Source: Octopus sinensis (lineage: Eukaryota). From it: DNA of 64,000 nt. Positions within the stretch are counted from its first letter, which is position 1. Each line of letters starts with the position of its first letter. The position numbers and the translations under genes were made by a program. Shown here piece after piece: positions 37,961 through 51,190 of the stretch. The notes under the pieces are model-generated. The model made no database searches, had not been told where the DNA came from, and saw only the letters and a program-made list of their open reading frames with translations. The stretch lies in NCBI RefSeq assembly GCF_006345805.1, contig NC_043003.1, positions 992,001-1,056,000 on the forward strand, in the 5' to 3' direction.

Positions 37961-39730
37961 ATATACAGTAGAACCTCACAGTACGACTGCCCGATTGTAT
38001 GAGCCGAAACTTGTGCCAATTTTTGTTTTGAAGTACAAGCGGAAATCTGCAGTACAGGAACACAAATCATCCTATCTTTACAGTAATTCAGTTAATAAAA
38101 CCAGTTTTCATATTTCTTTTGAATTCTCTTTTTTATAATTGCTACACCTTTTCTATTTTAAAACCCATAAGAATCGATGCTAGGTGTGTCAAAACAACTG
38201 TCGTCATTAACATTTCTGAGTGGTTTTGTTGGGGGCTGGAAAGGATTAATTACATTTTAGTTAATTTCAATGAGGAAAATTGATTTTTAAAATGAGTAAA
38301 TCATAAAACAAGCTCAGTCTTGGAATGAATTAGACTCGTACTGTGAGCTATCAGTACGTCATCATGAAAATTCTTGATGACAATTTGTCAGTACTAAACT
38401 CTCAAATAATAAGTCAAAACCATTATAATATTTATATGTCTTTATTACAAAAATTCATACTAATACACAAATTAGTATTTCATTGTCAGTTTAATATTGT
38501 ATAAAAATCTAAAATAAATTCATCTTTCTTTTTTTTTAAAATTATTTTTATTTTTTCATTAGGATATATTATTTAATGAAATTTTCCATTTTGGTAATAA
38601 AGTAACTGGAAACATTTGTAAAAATACAATGCGGTAAAATAGCATCAAGAAGGAATTGGGCGAATTGGACAAAAATAATTATGATATGTTAACGAGAGAA
38701 AAGACCCCCACCCTTATTATTGTTGTTATTTTTTTTTTACAAGCCACAAAATTTCATAAAATCAGTAAATGGCACAAAACGCAGAAGAAAGGGACAGAAT
38801 ATGGGTTGCAAATAAGATGTTGGGTTATGGTGGGTGGGTGGGTGGGGGGGAATTCTTGGGCCTTGTATTTACAGTTCAAGGGATTATGAAATGTGAAACT
38901 GTATACCCCCCACCCCTGTTTCCTGCAAGACACCGAAACAACTGGTGCAGACGGATCCTCATCACAACCAGGGAAGTGGCGGAGGTGGTAATGGTAATCA
39001 GTTGTGTTAGACTTCAGCTTCTGCGCCATCGATATTTGGGATCCTCATCATCTGGTGTCTGCTTTTCTATGCTGGCATGGGTTGGATGGTTCAGCATGAA
39101 CTGACAAGCAACAGGGATGTACCAAGCTCCATTGTCTGTTTTAGTATGGTTTCTACAAGCTGGATGCCTTTCCTAATGCCAACCACTTAACAGGGTGCAT
39201 TGGGTGCTTTTTGTGAGGCACCAGTGCCCACAAGACAAGAACCCCTCATCTAGTTGGGGTATAGGGATTGAGGGATAAGAAAGTATGAGAGAGGGACAAG
39301 AGGAGGAATGTCTTAGGTAGCTTTCAGTCTTGGAAGATCAGAGAGTTGCACCATTGAAATCTCCTTGGGGTGTGACCCCCAACCATTGTAATAGGGATTA
39401 TTGGCTTTTAACATTGGTTTCAAATCTTGACACAAGGTCAGCAACTTTGAGGGTAGGAACTAGTTGACCTTGGCAGAATTTGAACTCAGAACATGAGGAC
39501 AGGTTAAACGCTGTGAAGCATTCTGACTGCTGTACTAAGAATTCTGCCAGCTCGTTACCTGATCAGTAATTAATATTGTTGATGCAATTATCAGAATCCA
39601 GCAGTTGCCGATGTGTTACAGGGTAATTCTGACAGGATCACAAACACAGAAAATCATCTACATTTGAGAGAACATAAAACTTTAAGAATATATTGTCCAT
39701 GGAGCCTCAGTTATCACTGATCTGCGATAA

Positions 39731-40425
39731 CACGATACACTCAATTGTGAATCACGATACACTCAATTGTGAATCACGATACACACAATTGTGAATCACG
39801 ATACACACAATTGTGAATCACGATACACACAATTGTGAATCACGATACACACAATTGTGAATCACGATACACTCAATTGTGAATCACGATACACACAATT
39901 GTGAATCACGATACACACAATTGTGAATCACGATACACTCAATTGTGAATCACGATACACTCAATTGTGAATCACGATACACTCAATTGTGAATCACGAT
40001 ACACTCAATTGTGAATCACGATACACTCAATTGTGAATCACGATACACTCAATTGTGAATCACGATACACTCAATTGTGAATCACGATACACACAATTGT
40101 GAATCACGATACACTCAATTGTGAATCACGATACACACAATTGTGAATCACGATACACTCAATTGTGAATCACGATACACACAATTGTGAATCACGATAC
40201 ACACAATTGTGAATCACGATACACTCAATTGTGAATCACGATACACTCAATTGTGAATCACGATACACTCAATTGTGAATCACGATACACACAATTGTGA
40301 ATCACGATACACTCAATTGTGAATCACGATACACACAATTGTGAATCACGATACACTCAATTGTGAATCACGATACACACAATTGTGAATCACGATACAC
40401 TCAATTGTGAATCACGATACACTCA
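39731..40425. repeat. 22-bp minisatellite, 31 full units plus a partial unit
   Basis: Unit CACGATACAC(T/A)CAATTGTGAAT, variable only at position 11. Confidence 0.95.
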
Positions 40426-42205
40426 TCACAAATTGACCTGTAACAACACCAATCGATGATCAGTTGAAGATTCTGCAAAAATACACCTCAGTAACCACCC
40501 ATGATGTCCAGCTACCCAGAATGCACTGACTGTTGCTTCTTTTTACACGGCTGTGTTGCGAGGCTGCATGGTTCTTACATAGATTTACATACTCCTAGCC
40601 ATTAACATGGGACCAGCGAAAAGAAACCAAAACACACAAAGGTGCTAGATCAAAGGAAGCAGGTGAGTGGATTCGCTACAGGAAAAGACAGAAATGGTCA
40701 GAGAGGTACTTGGTGGTGGAAGTTCTGTTGCTGTGAACTGCAAGTCTGGTGCCAATAAATCTACCATTTGTTCCATTTACAAAGTGCATGGAGACGATTC
40801 ATTTATCACTGTATTCTTTTGCAATCATGATAAAGAGGGGGAGATGTACAACAAACCACAGGAAGCATAAGGGCTACAATTCAACATTTACCGCAAATAA
40901 GAACAGGAATAGTTCCTTCACAAAACAAGGATTGACTGCGAAGTTCATCAAACTGATTTTTAAAAACATTTAAATGAGAAAAAAATGTGGGTGGATTAGG
41001 AATTTACCAAAATGAATTGTGATAATGTTTGGGAACCATTGATATCGTCCAAGAGATCCTGGCCACTAATATTGCTTGACCAAAGAGACTGACAACAAAC
41101 ACTGCCTTAAGGAGTAGTCGAGCTCTATATTTGGTCCTTACATTTACTCCCTAAACTTTACAATGAGTGGGTTTATACTAAATGTAAATGCATCACTTTT
41201 TGAAAGATTACCAAATACCAGCTTCTGAAATAAGTACACACAAACACATGGTACTAGCAGGCAGAATTATGAAAGAGCACACACATATACTATCATTACA
41301 ATATAGAAATATGATACTTGGAGTGGTCAATAGTCCTCACTTGACCGTTTTTGTTACATATTTCTGTTGAAATATGCTGCCTATTTTTTTTCACTTAATT
41401 TAGAAAACAATTACATTATTAAGTTGGTATTTGGAGCAGAAATTAACATGAGATTTTGATGTTTAAATTTAGATAACTTTAAAAGAAGTAATTTGTATGA
41501 TAGGACGAGGGAGTGTGTCAGACAGGTTGGTACAAAAAGGGCCCAGCGACAGTCACTGGAGAGTCATACTGGTACAAAAAAGCAAAATGATTGGTGAGAG
41601 TGGCTTTAAGAACTCATCTCGTTGGAATTAACACCTTTTGACTGAATCTAAGGTATGCATGTGTCTAGGGAGTTGAAAAACTGATCAACTGAAATCAATT
41701 AGAAAGTAAAAACTCCTTCTAATAGTGCTAAAAATAGTTTTAAAAAGCAACAATCAAGGGATATAACTCCAATAAGTTCTACTGATAGAAATTTTTGGAC
41801 AATCATAGACATTGGATTGGATTTGGTATTTACAGCCAGGAAGCAGATAAAGAGTGGATATGTAAAATGAAGACTAGACTAAATTGAATTAGCAAAGATT
41901 AAAGAATTGTGATGACAGAGGATATATAAGAATCAGATAATCTGCAGATTTTACACCAATATTAGTGGTGGTGGTCGTCGTGGTTGGTGCAGTTATTTTC
42001 AGATCAGATGGATGGCCTCAAAGCAAATAATGCTCTCCACTAAAGGTACTCATCAGCAAGAGGATGGTGATTAACCAGGCAATGGATGAAGTTCACTACT
42101 TCAGTTATTTTCTTTCATCCTGGATGGCTCGTATTAAGCAACTTTTATTAATTAGAAAATTACTATTTTTAAATCTCACAACAAGAGATATTCAGCAACA
42201 ATACT

Positions 42206-42610
42206 TTGGAGTAAAGATTATTTGCCAACATAACATGGCAGTCCTGGTTTAGGACGAATGTTGCTGTAATTTAGCCCCAGGAGACATTGTCTCCAGCTGG
42301 CTATATGACACAATCTGTGTCATAATTTCGAACAAGGGAATCTAGCATCCCCACTCAGCTCAAAACAAAATATCTGTGTATCTAACCGAACAATTATTCT
42401 GTGCTGATGAAGAGAAATAACCCAGAAATCGCAATATACAGATGTGGTTTTGAGCTGAGTGGGGGTGCTAGATTCTCTCGTTTGAAAATATAAGGACACA
42501 GATTGTGTCATATAGCCAGCTGGAGACAATGTCTCGTGGGGCTAAATTACAGCAACATTCATCCTAAACGAGGACTGCCATGTCATGTTGGCAAACAATC
42601 TTTACTCCAA
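42206..42610. mobile_element. Fold-back element (arms about 42206-42380 / 42438-42610)
   Basis: ggagtaaagatt.tttgccaacat.acatggcagtcct... mirrored at the right; same family as 19893-20517. Confidence 0.8.
42398..42442 (+). ncRNA. Hammerhead motif in the fold-back spacer, stem II degenerate
   Basis: UCUGUG-CUGAUGA-AGAG(AAAUAA)CCCA-GAAA-U(CGCA)AUA/UACAGA. Confidence 0.45.
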
Positions 42611-42897
42611 CACTTATTAACTCTAATCTATAATTAAAAAGTAACTGAAATTGGTTGAGGGCAATATTTAGCTGAGACCAATGACGTTATTGTAACTAAA
42701 ATGTAGAAAAATATTCCCTAAAATTTCTTTTCAGGACAAAAATGAAACAAAACAAGGTACCTTATTTACTTTAACGAGAAAAATAATTAGTATTGAAGTG
42801 TGATGCTAAATTTACCAAATAGTTTTTAGTCAAAGAACATTTCTTATACATACATGTATATATACATATACATACATATCTATATACATATATATAC

Positions 42898-42928
<31 letters not shown>

Positions 42929-43476
42929 CATACATATATATATATACATATATATATACACATATATATATACACATATATATATACACATATATATATA
43001 CATATACATATACATATATATATATACATATATATATATACATATATATACATATATATATATACATATATATATACATATATATACATACATATATATA
43101 CATATATATATACATATATATATACATATATATATACATATATATACATATATATACACACACACACACACACATATATACACGTGTACATACATATATA
43201 TGAACATATCAACATATATATATATATATATATCCCAAAAAATATTATAAAGAAATGATTATCTCCCTTGTAATAAAAGTTCACTAGAGAAAGAGCAATG
43301 TGTGTGTATGTGTATCTATAACCTTTCTGTAGATGATATAACAATGAAAAAGTGCTTTGTTTCCTGAAAAATAACAAATCTGTAATTAGCACCATTTAAC
43401 CTGAATTAAATTTTATATTTTATGAAAGAAATGAAAAACCTACAGAGGAAACAATACAAGGTGTAAATACACACAC

Positions 43477-43523
<47 letters not shown>

Positions 43524-43848
43524 CATACACATGTTTGAAGAAAGATTTTCTTAAATTAAAAATTATTAAATATATAAAAAGATCTTTCTTCAATTATTGT
43601 AACTGTATCAAGATTTAAAAAAAAAATATGTGTGTGTATATATATATATATTATATATATATATACACACACACACACATAAAAAAGAACAAAATTTTTC
43701 AAACAATATTGAAATAGTGATCTTCATAACTCAGACAGATACAAGGAATTTTTGTTTCCATTCCAAGGGATTTGGATTACTGGACAATAGCAAAACAATT
43801 AAAACAGAAAAAAACCTAACTCTACAAATGGTGAGGAATTGAAACATT

Positions 43849-44042
43849 TCAGATGAGAAACTGTAGCAGAAAAGTGAGAGTGAAGTAAAAGAGGAGAAAG
43901 AAATGGGTTGATTTGGCAGAGGCGGCATTGCAGTCATCCCCACTGCAAATACAAAGGTCATGGTAGCCTCCGTGGATGATGGTTCTTCTGCAGGAATCCT
44001 TTTCGTCAGTTTCTATACATCCTCGGGTTACAGCGGATACCA
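43849..44042 (-). CDS. Ly6/uPAR (quiver/sleepless-like) gene B, exon 3
   Basis: Pyrimidine tract ending ctattggcAG acceptor; (V)VSAVTRGCIETDEKDSCRRTIIHGGYHDLCICSGDDCNAASAKSTHFFLLFYFTLTFLLQFLI*; CxC....CN motif and hydrophobic GPI signal. Confidence 0.9.
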
Positions 44043-44101
44043 CTGCCAATAGAAAAAGGAAAATGAAGGAATATATGATATGGTGTGTGTGTGTGTGTGT
44101 A

Positions 44102-44884
44102 CAGGCTGATTCAAAAATCACCATACTCTTTACTCTTTTACTTGTTTCAGTCATTTGACTGTGGCCATGCTGGAGCACCGCCTTTAGTCAAGCAAATCGA
44201 ACCCCAGGACTTATTCTTTTCAAGCCTAGTACTTATTCTAATGGTCTCTTTTGCCAAACCACTAAGTTACGGGGACGTAAACACACCAGCATCGGTTGTC
44301 AAGCAATGTTGGGGAGGGGGGGGGGAGACAAACACAGACACACACATATATATATACATATATACGATGGGCTTCTTTCAGTTTGTCTACCAAATCCACT
44401 CACAAGGCTTTGGTCGGCCCGACGCTATAGTGGAAGACAGTTGCCCAAGGTGTCACCCAGTGGGACTGAACCTGGGACCATGTGGTTCGTAAGCAAGCTA
44501 CTTACCACACAGCCACTCCTACGTCTATACATAGGAACAATTTATTTTTTTTAATTAGAAACAGTTTATAAGAACAGTTTGTTTTTTTATTTAACAGGTT
44601 CTATATGGTTACCATTGTTTTGAATAGACATTGCAATATGTTTACCCCACTCATTGTGAACTTGTAATAATAGCACATCTGGTGATACATGTGCAAAGGA
44701 GTTGGTGATGCGTTCCTTCGAATGATTTAGGTCTTTTATCTTTCTGCAATAAACCATTCCTTTCAAATGTCCCCAAAGATAGAAATTAAGAGGGGTTAGA
44801 TCAGGGTATCTAGGGGATCTTATAAACTGCTTCTTATAAAAAAAATAAATGTTTCCTATGTATGGAGACTTTTGAATCACCCTG
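44102..44884 (-). mobile_element. Internally deleted Tc1/mariner element, interrupted by a family 1 SINE (about 44130-44520)
   Basis: TA-flanked TIRs cagg.tgattcaaaa.tc.ccatac; transposase C-terminus RSPRYPDLTPLNFYLWGHLKGMVY. Confidence 0.7.
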
Positions 44885-45270
44885 TATATATATATATATA
44901 TGTGTGTACATACATATACATATGTGTAAATATATATACATATATATATATAAGGAAAATAAGACAAGGTAGAAAATGCTAAAATAATTTTATCATGAAG
45001 GACACTTTAGTGCCGGTTTCAGTCATTGAGACTTTTTCAACAATTAAATTGTGGGAAAATTAAATGAAATGCCTTTAAAAAAATATATATTTCCATAGTT
45101 TTTAACAGCAAGGGACATTTTCCATTTTTCTGCCTGTCTCTCTTTTTCCCCCTTGTGGATTCAAAGTAGTTAGCAGCAGAAAGTTTGATATGAATTCTTG
45201 TCTTTGATTGTTTAAGCAGCAGCAGAGAAAGGAGAAGTAGAAAAAAAATATATATATATAAATACACTCA

Positions 45271-45306
<36 letters not shown>

Positions 45307-45708
45307 CTGCAAAGTATAATATTAAATATCCATTGCACCTGGTCTTTACCAGTTGGTTTCGTGTAAAGAACCCAATAAAGTGTTAGGTAACAAACTGATT
45401 ACACAACTTTACACTCATCAGAATTAGCCAATGGAATATTACAACCTGGGATGTTCAACAAAAAATATTCCAATACTACCAGAAAAAGTTACTATATTCC
45501 CTTCCATATTGGCTAACTCTGATGAGCGTAAAGTTATATAATCGGTTTGTTAACTAACACTCCATTGTATTCTTTACGTGAAACCGATTGATAAGACTAG
45601 CCATGACAGATATTTAATACTATCCTTTGCAGATAATATAGCCACTCTACTGACATACATACAGGTGCATCTCTTCCCTGACTTATGGTTCTTAGATGAC
45701 TCACAAAA

Positions 45709-45777
<69 letters not shown>

Positions 45778-48259
45778 TATATGCCAAAATGCCTGATGCA
45801 GCCTGGATGGTTTGATAGGCACTGGCAAGCCAGAGGACTACTTCAGACTCCAATATCTGCTTCGGCATGGTTTCTACAGCTGGACACCTCTCCTATACCA
45901 GCCACTTTACAGAGTGTACTGGGTGCCTTTTATATGGCACCGGCATCAGTGAGGTCTCCAAGTAACTTATAAGATAAGGCCCCTCAATTAAGTGGAGAGT
46001 AATACGGATGGAGATGGCTTTGTCTCAGATGATGAGAGGTTAAAATATGATAGAGAGACAGGGAAAGGTGTCTTGCTGTAAAGGAGATACACGGTTACGT
46101 CAGTCGAGAAAGAGAGAAAGTGGTGGCGAAGAGGATGCCAAGGTGTACCCTTAAGATAAAGGTAAGTGAATAAAAGATGTACTTTGGGTGGGTAAGTTCA
46201 TAGGGGTAGAGGGAAACGCAGGAAGTGCTGAAGATGGGTAGAGGCAAAGTCAACTGTGAATAGCATTTGCAAGGATTGAGGAAGTAGGGTTGGGTCATTG
46301 GGGGTTAATAGGAGGCAGCAAAGATGATGTGAAGGGTGTGAAGATGGTGTGCAAGAGAGATGCACAGTGCTAGGGATGAAGTCAGAGATACATGGGGGGG
46401 GGATAATGGAAGATGGACAGACGAAGTGGGGGATGAAGGGCTGCTGTTGACAAAATGAGGGGTTGTAGAGTAGAGGGAAAAGTGAAAAGGGGGCATTTAA
46501 CAGAATAAGGAGATTGTAGGACGGCACTGAAAGTGCATGGCACTTGATTTGACTTCATGATGCACTTCCTGTAATATTTGTACAAAGCAAATTCCACCGA
46601 GGTCAACTTTGCCTTTCATCCTTTTGGGGTCGATAAATTACGTACCAGTTGCGTACTGGGGTCATTCTAATCGACTGGCCCATCTCCCCCAAAATTTCAG
46701 GCCTTGCGGCTAGAATAGAAAAGAATATTTGTACAAAGCTATTTCTGAATAAGACTCTTTCATGCTCAGTCGTACGGTTGTCCTTAACCACATTTATCTT
46801 TTATATATTTCAGTCATTGGACTACGGCCATGCTGGGGCACTGTCATGAAGGGCTTAATCAAACAAATCAACACCAGTACTTTTAAGTACTTATTTTTCA
46901 GGTCTCTTTTAAGAAATTAAGTTATAGGGATGTAAACAAACCAACACCAATTGTCAAGAGTTAGCGGGACAAACACAAAGGCATATATATTGATACACAC
47001 ACACACACATATTTATATATGTTGAGCTTCCACACAGTTTCTATTTACCAAATTCACTTACAATGTATTGGTCAGTCCAGGGCCATGGAAGACACTTACA
47101 CAAGGTGTCATGCAATGGGACAGAACCTAAAACCATGTGATCGCAAAGTGGGCTTCTTAACCACACAGCTGTGCTTGCACCAAGAATGGGATCTGATTCT
47201 TTCCAAACCTCAAAAAGACATGTGTGATTAACTTCTTTCTAAGAATTTCCAATATTTTTTATTGTTTTAAGCAGGTCATCCAGCTGTAGAAACCATTCCA
47301 AAGCTGACACTGGAGCTTGGCGCAGCTCTGCGGGTCCCAGAAGCTGGCCAAATGCTACGGCCTTGCCTTGAAGAATTTTAGTCAAAAGAATCAACCATAG
47401 TATCCATTTTTTTAAAGCCTGGTACTTATTTTATCAGTGTCTTTTGCCGAACTGCTAAGTTACAGGAACATAAACACACGAACACTGGTTGTCAAGCAGT
47501 GGTGGGACACACGGACACACACACAATATATGTTTACACAATGGGCTTCTTTCAGTTTCCATCCACCAAATCCACTCAGAAGGCCCAAGACTATAGTTGA
47601 AAACACTTGACCAAGGTTCCATGCAGTAGGACTGAACCTGGAACCTTGTGGTTGGGAAGCTAACTTCTTGCCACAGAGCCATGCCTGCACCTACTGTTGC
47701 AATTTTTTTAGAATTCTTTGACAGACATCAGTTATTGTAATCATCTGACTTGAAGATGACAGGCCAGGAATGGTCAATGAGGCCACCAGTGAGTAAAAAG
47801 ATCCCGTGAAGAGCTGTTCTGTTAGATTTCCATATAACATGCAATCAGGATTTGGAGACATTCACTCATAACTTACGAGTACCAGGTTCAATGATTTGGG
47901 TTCTCGTTTTATTTGATGAGATGAGTAAGAATCACAGGTGTTTTCCAAGTAACTTGTTTACAACAGAGTAATGTAAAATGAAGTGTTTTGCTTAAAAAAG
48001 AAAATGCACTGCTCAGTCCAGGAATTGAAACCACAACCTTAACCTTTAGCATGTAAGATGCATCATGTTGCTGTATAAGCTTTCTCCCTTCTCAATGTGA
48101 CACAATGACTCCTGCTGTTATAGGGGAGAGAACTCTCATAGTGACATGATGCATCTATAGCATGCTAAAGGTTAACCACTAGGCCACGTGCCTTCACACA
48201 GTGGTAATGGCAGTGGGGGAGGCGGGGGCGACGGGGGTAAGAGAAAACGAACTACCAAC

Positions 48260-48427
48260 CTGTGTTTTCCGACCACATAGATCCAGTGTCACGCATAACA
48301 GCATAAGTCTTGTATTTGACACATTTGTTTTCTCCTTCCTCACAATCACCACTCTGGGGTTCAGTGAACTTATCCAAACAATCGGATGTCCCAAGGGTGG
48401 TACACATATGACAGGTCAGGGAAGAGG
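48260..48427 (-). CDS. Ly6/uPAR gene B, exon 2
   Basis: tgcttttctgcAG acceptor; (A)SSLTCHMCTTLGTSDCLDKFTEPQSGDCEEGENKCVKYKTYAVMRDTGSMWSENT; G|GTTGGT donor; phase 1/1. Confidence 0.88.
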
Positions 48428-48651
48428 CTGCAGAAAAGCAAACATTTAAAAAGATAAAGAAATAAAAAGATTTAACAAAAACAGCAATCATATATTCTAA
48501 CATATTCCAGTCCAAATGCAAAAAAAAAAGTGGGGGATGAAGGGCTGCTGTTGACAAAATGAGGGGTTGTAGAGTGGAGGGAAAAGTGAAAAGGGGGCAT
48601 TTAACAGAATAAGGAGATTGTAGGACGGCACTGAAAAAAAAAGGGGGTTAA

Positions 48652-48875
48652 CCCTTTCATTACTGTATTTCTGTTGAGATGCTGTGTGTTTCTTTCAATT
48701 AATTTTAAATATAACAAAAAGAGTTTATTAAAATAAGTTAGTTATAATTAAGTTAGTGTTAGGAACATAAATTGTGACTAAGGTTTGGTGGAAGATTCTA
48801 ATTAAAAACTTATGAAAACAAGACATTTGTACTACAGAGCCAGAGGTGGTTTCAGCTGGGTTGGTAATGAAAGGG
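48652..48875. mobile_element. piggyBac-type MITE
   Basis: TTAA|CCCTTTCATTAC...GTAATGAAAGGG|TTAA. Confidence 0.75.
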
Positions 48876-49945
48876 TTAAGTATGACAGTATGCTTAAGAA
48901 GGTCATTTTGTAATTTTAAATGTGAGCCAATGCTGGAGCATTGATATGGTTGTTAAGCCAGAGTCAGGTGAAATAAATATCAGAGATGCTTTGTCCAACA
49001 CAGAAATCACAAGAGCTACATAGAGGTTTTGCAAACTCTGAGTAGCTCCATTGCAATGCTGGAGACCCATCTTTATTATCAGCAGGTATTTCAGGGTCAC
49101 AATCATGTCAGCCCTTATCCTATACACTTGAGTGAGGTAGTGAGGAGGGAGCTAGTCTTCACCAGTACAAGGGTTCCACTTGGGGTTTCTTATCAACCAT
49201 AGTCATCTTTTAGTTAGTTTGAGCTGCCATTCCTATTTCCTTGATGGCTTTCTTCAGTTGTCTGGGTTCCAGACCTATCTTCTGCAGGAAATAGTGCACA
49301 GATGTAGATGGAAAGTTGTGACTTAAATGGGAAATGTGGCCCTTGAAAAGAGCCTCATCAAGTAGGTCCTGATATTTGGATTTCTCTACTTGGTAAGATA
49401 TATCAAGTCTCCCAGCGGCACTGAAAGCTTAACCACAATGATTGTTTTTGTATTCCTGGAGAGCAGGAACATGTCTGGTCAGAATAATGTTACCATTATA
49501 GAAATAACAGCCAAATCTCCCTTACACTGTACCCTATTACCTTAAAAAAGAAAAAGGAAGGGCACACTGCCTAAAGTAGTTTTGGTATGGCTGAAATGCC
49601 TTTGGTAATGGGTTTCCTTGAACAGGATTGGTTTGGAGATAAACAACAACAATGACTTCATAATAGTGGCATTTCATCTGTCTTAAAGATGTTCTGAGTT
49701 CAAATTCTGCCAAGGGTGACTTCATCTTTCATCCTTTCTAGATTAATCTTTTTTAGTCAAGCATTGGGGTCAATGAAATATATGTGTGTGTGTGTTACAA
49801 TGAAATTTTATACAGAGTTTCCCAAGTTTTCGCATCCACAAAGCCAAAGCCTTGCAGACAGCTCATCAGACTCTATATGAATACAAAATTTAAAGAAATC
49901 TGGTAAGAAAAGGGTTAAAATATATAACAGAGAAACAATTCTCAA

Positions 49946-50124
49946 CCCTTTCAATACCAACCTAGCTGTAACCACCCCTAAAATAACTTCATTATCCTTA
50001 AGCTAGTGTTAGGAACATAAATTGTGAGTAATGTTTAGTGGAAGATTTTAATTCAAAACTTATGAAAACAAGACATTTGTACTCAGAACCAGAGGTAGTT
50101 TCAGCCGAGTTGGTATTGAAAGGG
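49946..50124. mobile_element. piggyBac-type MITE, rearranged copy
   Basis: TCAA|CCCTTTCAATACCAAC...GTTGGTATTGAAAGGG|TTAA; shares its internal body with 48652. Confidence 0.65.
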
Positions 50125-50155
50125 TTAAGAATTGTCACTCTATTATATATTTTAA

Positions 50156-50376
50156 CCCTTTTCTTCCCATATTTCTGTTGAGATGATCTGTGTTTCTTTC
50201 AATTAATTTTAAATATAACAAAGAATTTAGTAAAATAACTTCGTTATCATTAAGCCAGTGTTAGGAACATAAATTGTGACTAAGGTTTGGTGGAAGATTT
50301 TAATTCAAAACTTATGAAAACAAGACATTTGTACTACAGAGCCAGGGGCAGTTTCAGCTGGGTTGGTATCGAAAGG
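50156..50376. mobile_element. piggyBac-type MITE
   Basis: TTAA|CCCTTTT...GAAAGG|TTAA; body similar to 48652-48875. Confidence 0.7.
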
Positions 50377-50790
50377 TTAAATTGGTGATCATCATTTAGG
50401 AAGAATCGTTGACCTGATTCTGTTAGAATTATTAATTTATAATAATACCATTTAATCAATAGGCATTATCTTTTCTCCTCATAATCTCTAATCTCTCCAA
50501 ATGCTTTTCCTCTCTCTTCACTGTTATTTTCATAATATTATCACTATTCTTTTTTTTTTGATCTTTTGACTTGTTTCAGTCATTAGATTGTGGCCATGCT
50601 GGAGCACTGCCTTGAAGAATTTTAGTCAGATAAATCAGCTCCAGTAGTCATTCTTTAAAACCTGGCACTTATTCCATCGATCTCTTATGTCAAACTGCTA
50701 AGTCACTGAGGGGAAAACACACCACACCAGCAGCGTAGAGGGGGACAAACACTGACACACACACATTATATATATATATATATATATATA

Positions 50791-51140
50791 GGCGCAGAAG
50801 TGGCTGTGTGGTAAGTTGCTTGCTTACCAACCACATGGTTCCGGGTTCAGTCCCACTGAGTGGCACCTTGGGCAAGTGCCTTGTGAGTGGATTTGGTAGA
50901 CAGAAACTGAAAGAAGCCTGTCGTATATATTATATATATATATGTGTGTGTGTGTGTTTGTCCCACCTCCAACATCAACTGACATCTGATGCTGGTGTGT
51001 TTATGTCCCCGTAACTTAGTGGTTCAGCAAAAAGAAACCGATAGAATGTGGGTCGATTTGCTGGACTAAAGTTGGTGCTCCAGCATGGCTGCAGTCAAAT
51101 GACTGAAACAAGTAAAAGAAAAAAATAAAGAATAAAAGAA
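50791..51140 (+). mobile_element. tRNA-derived SINE, family 1
   Basis: ggcgcagaagtggctgtgtggtaag..gggttcagtccc..gactgaaacaagtaaaag. Confidence 0.8.
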
Positions 51141-51190
51141 AAGAATATATACAAACTATATAATTATATAAAGGAACAGGAGAAAATCCT

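Noticed and set aside
39731-40425. CRISPR-like array or lac-operator-like AATTGTGA repeats
   Set aside because: Head-to-tail units with no unique spacers, no cas genes, eukaryotic context; the lacO resemblance is only 8 nt.
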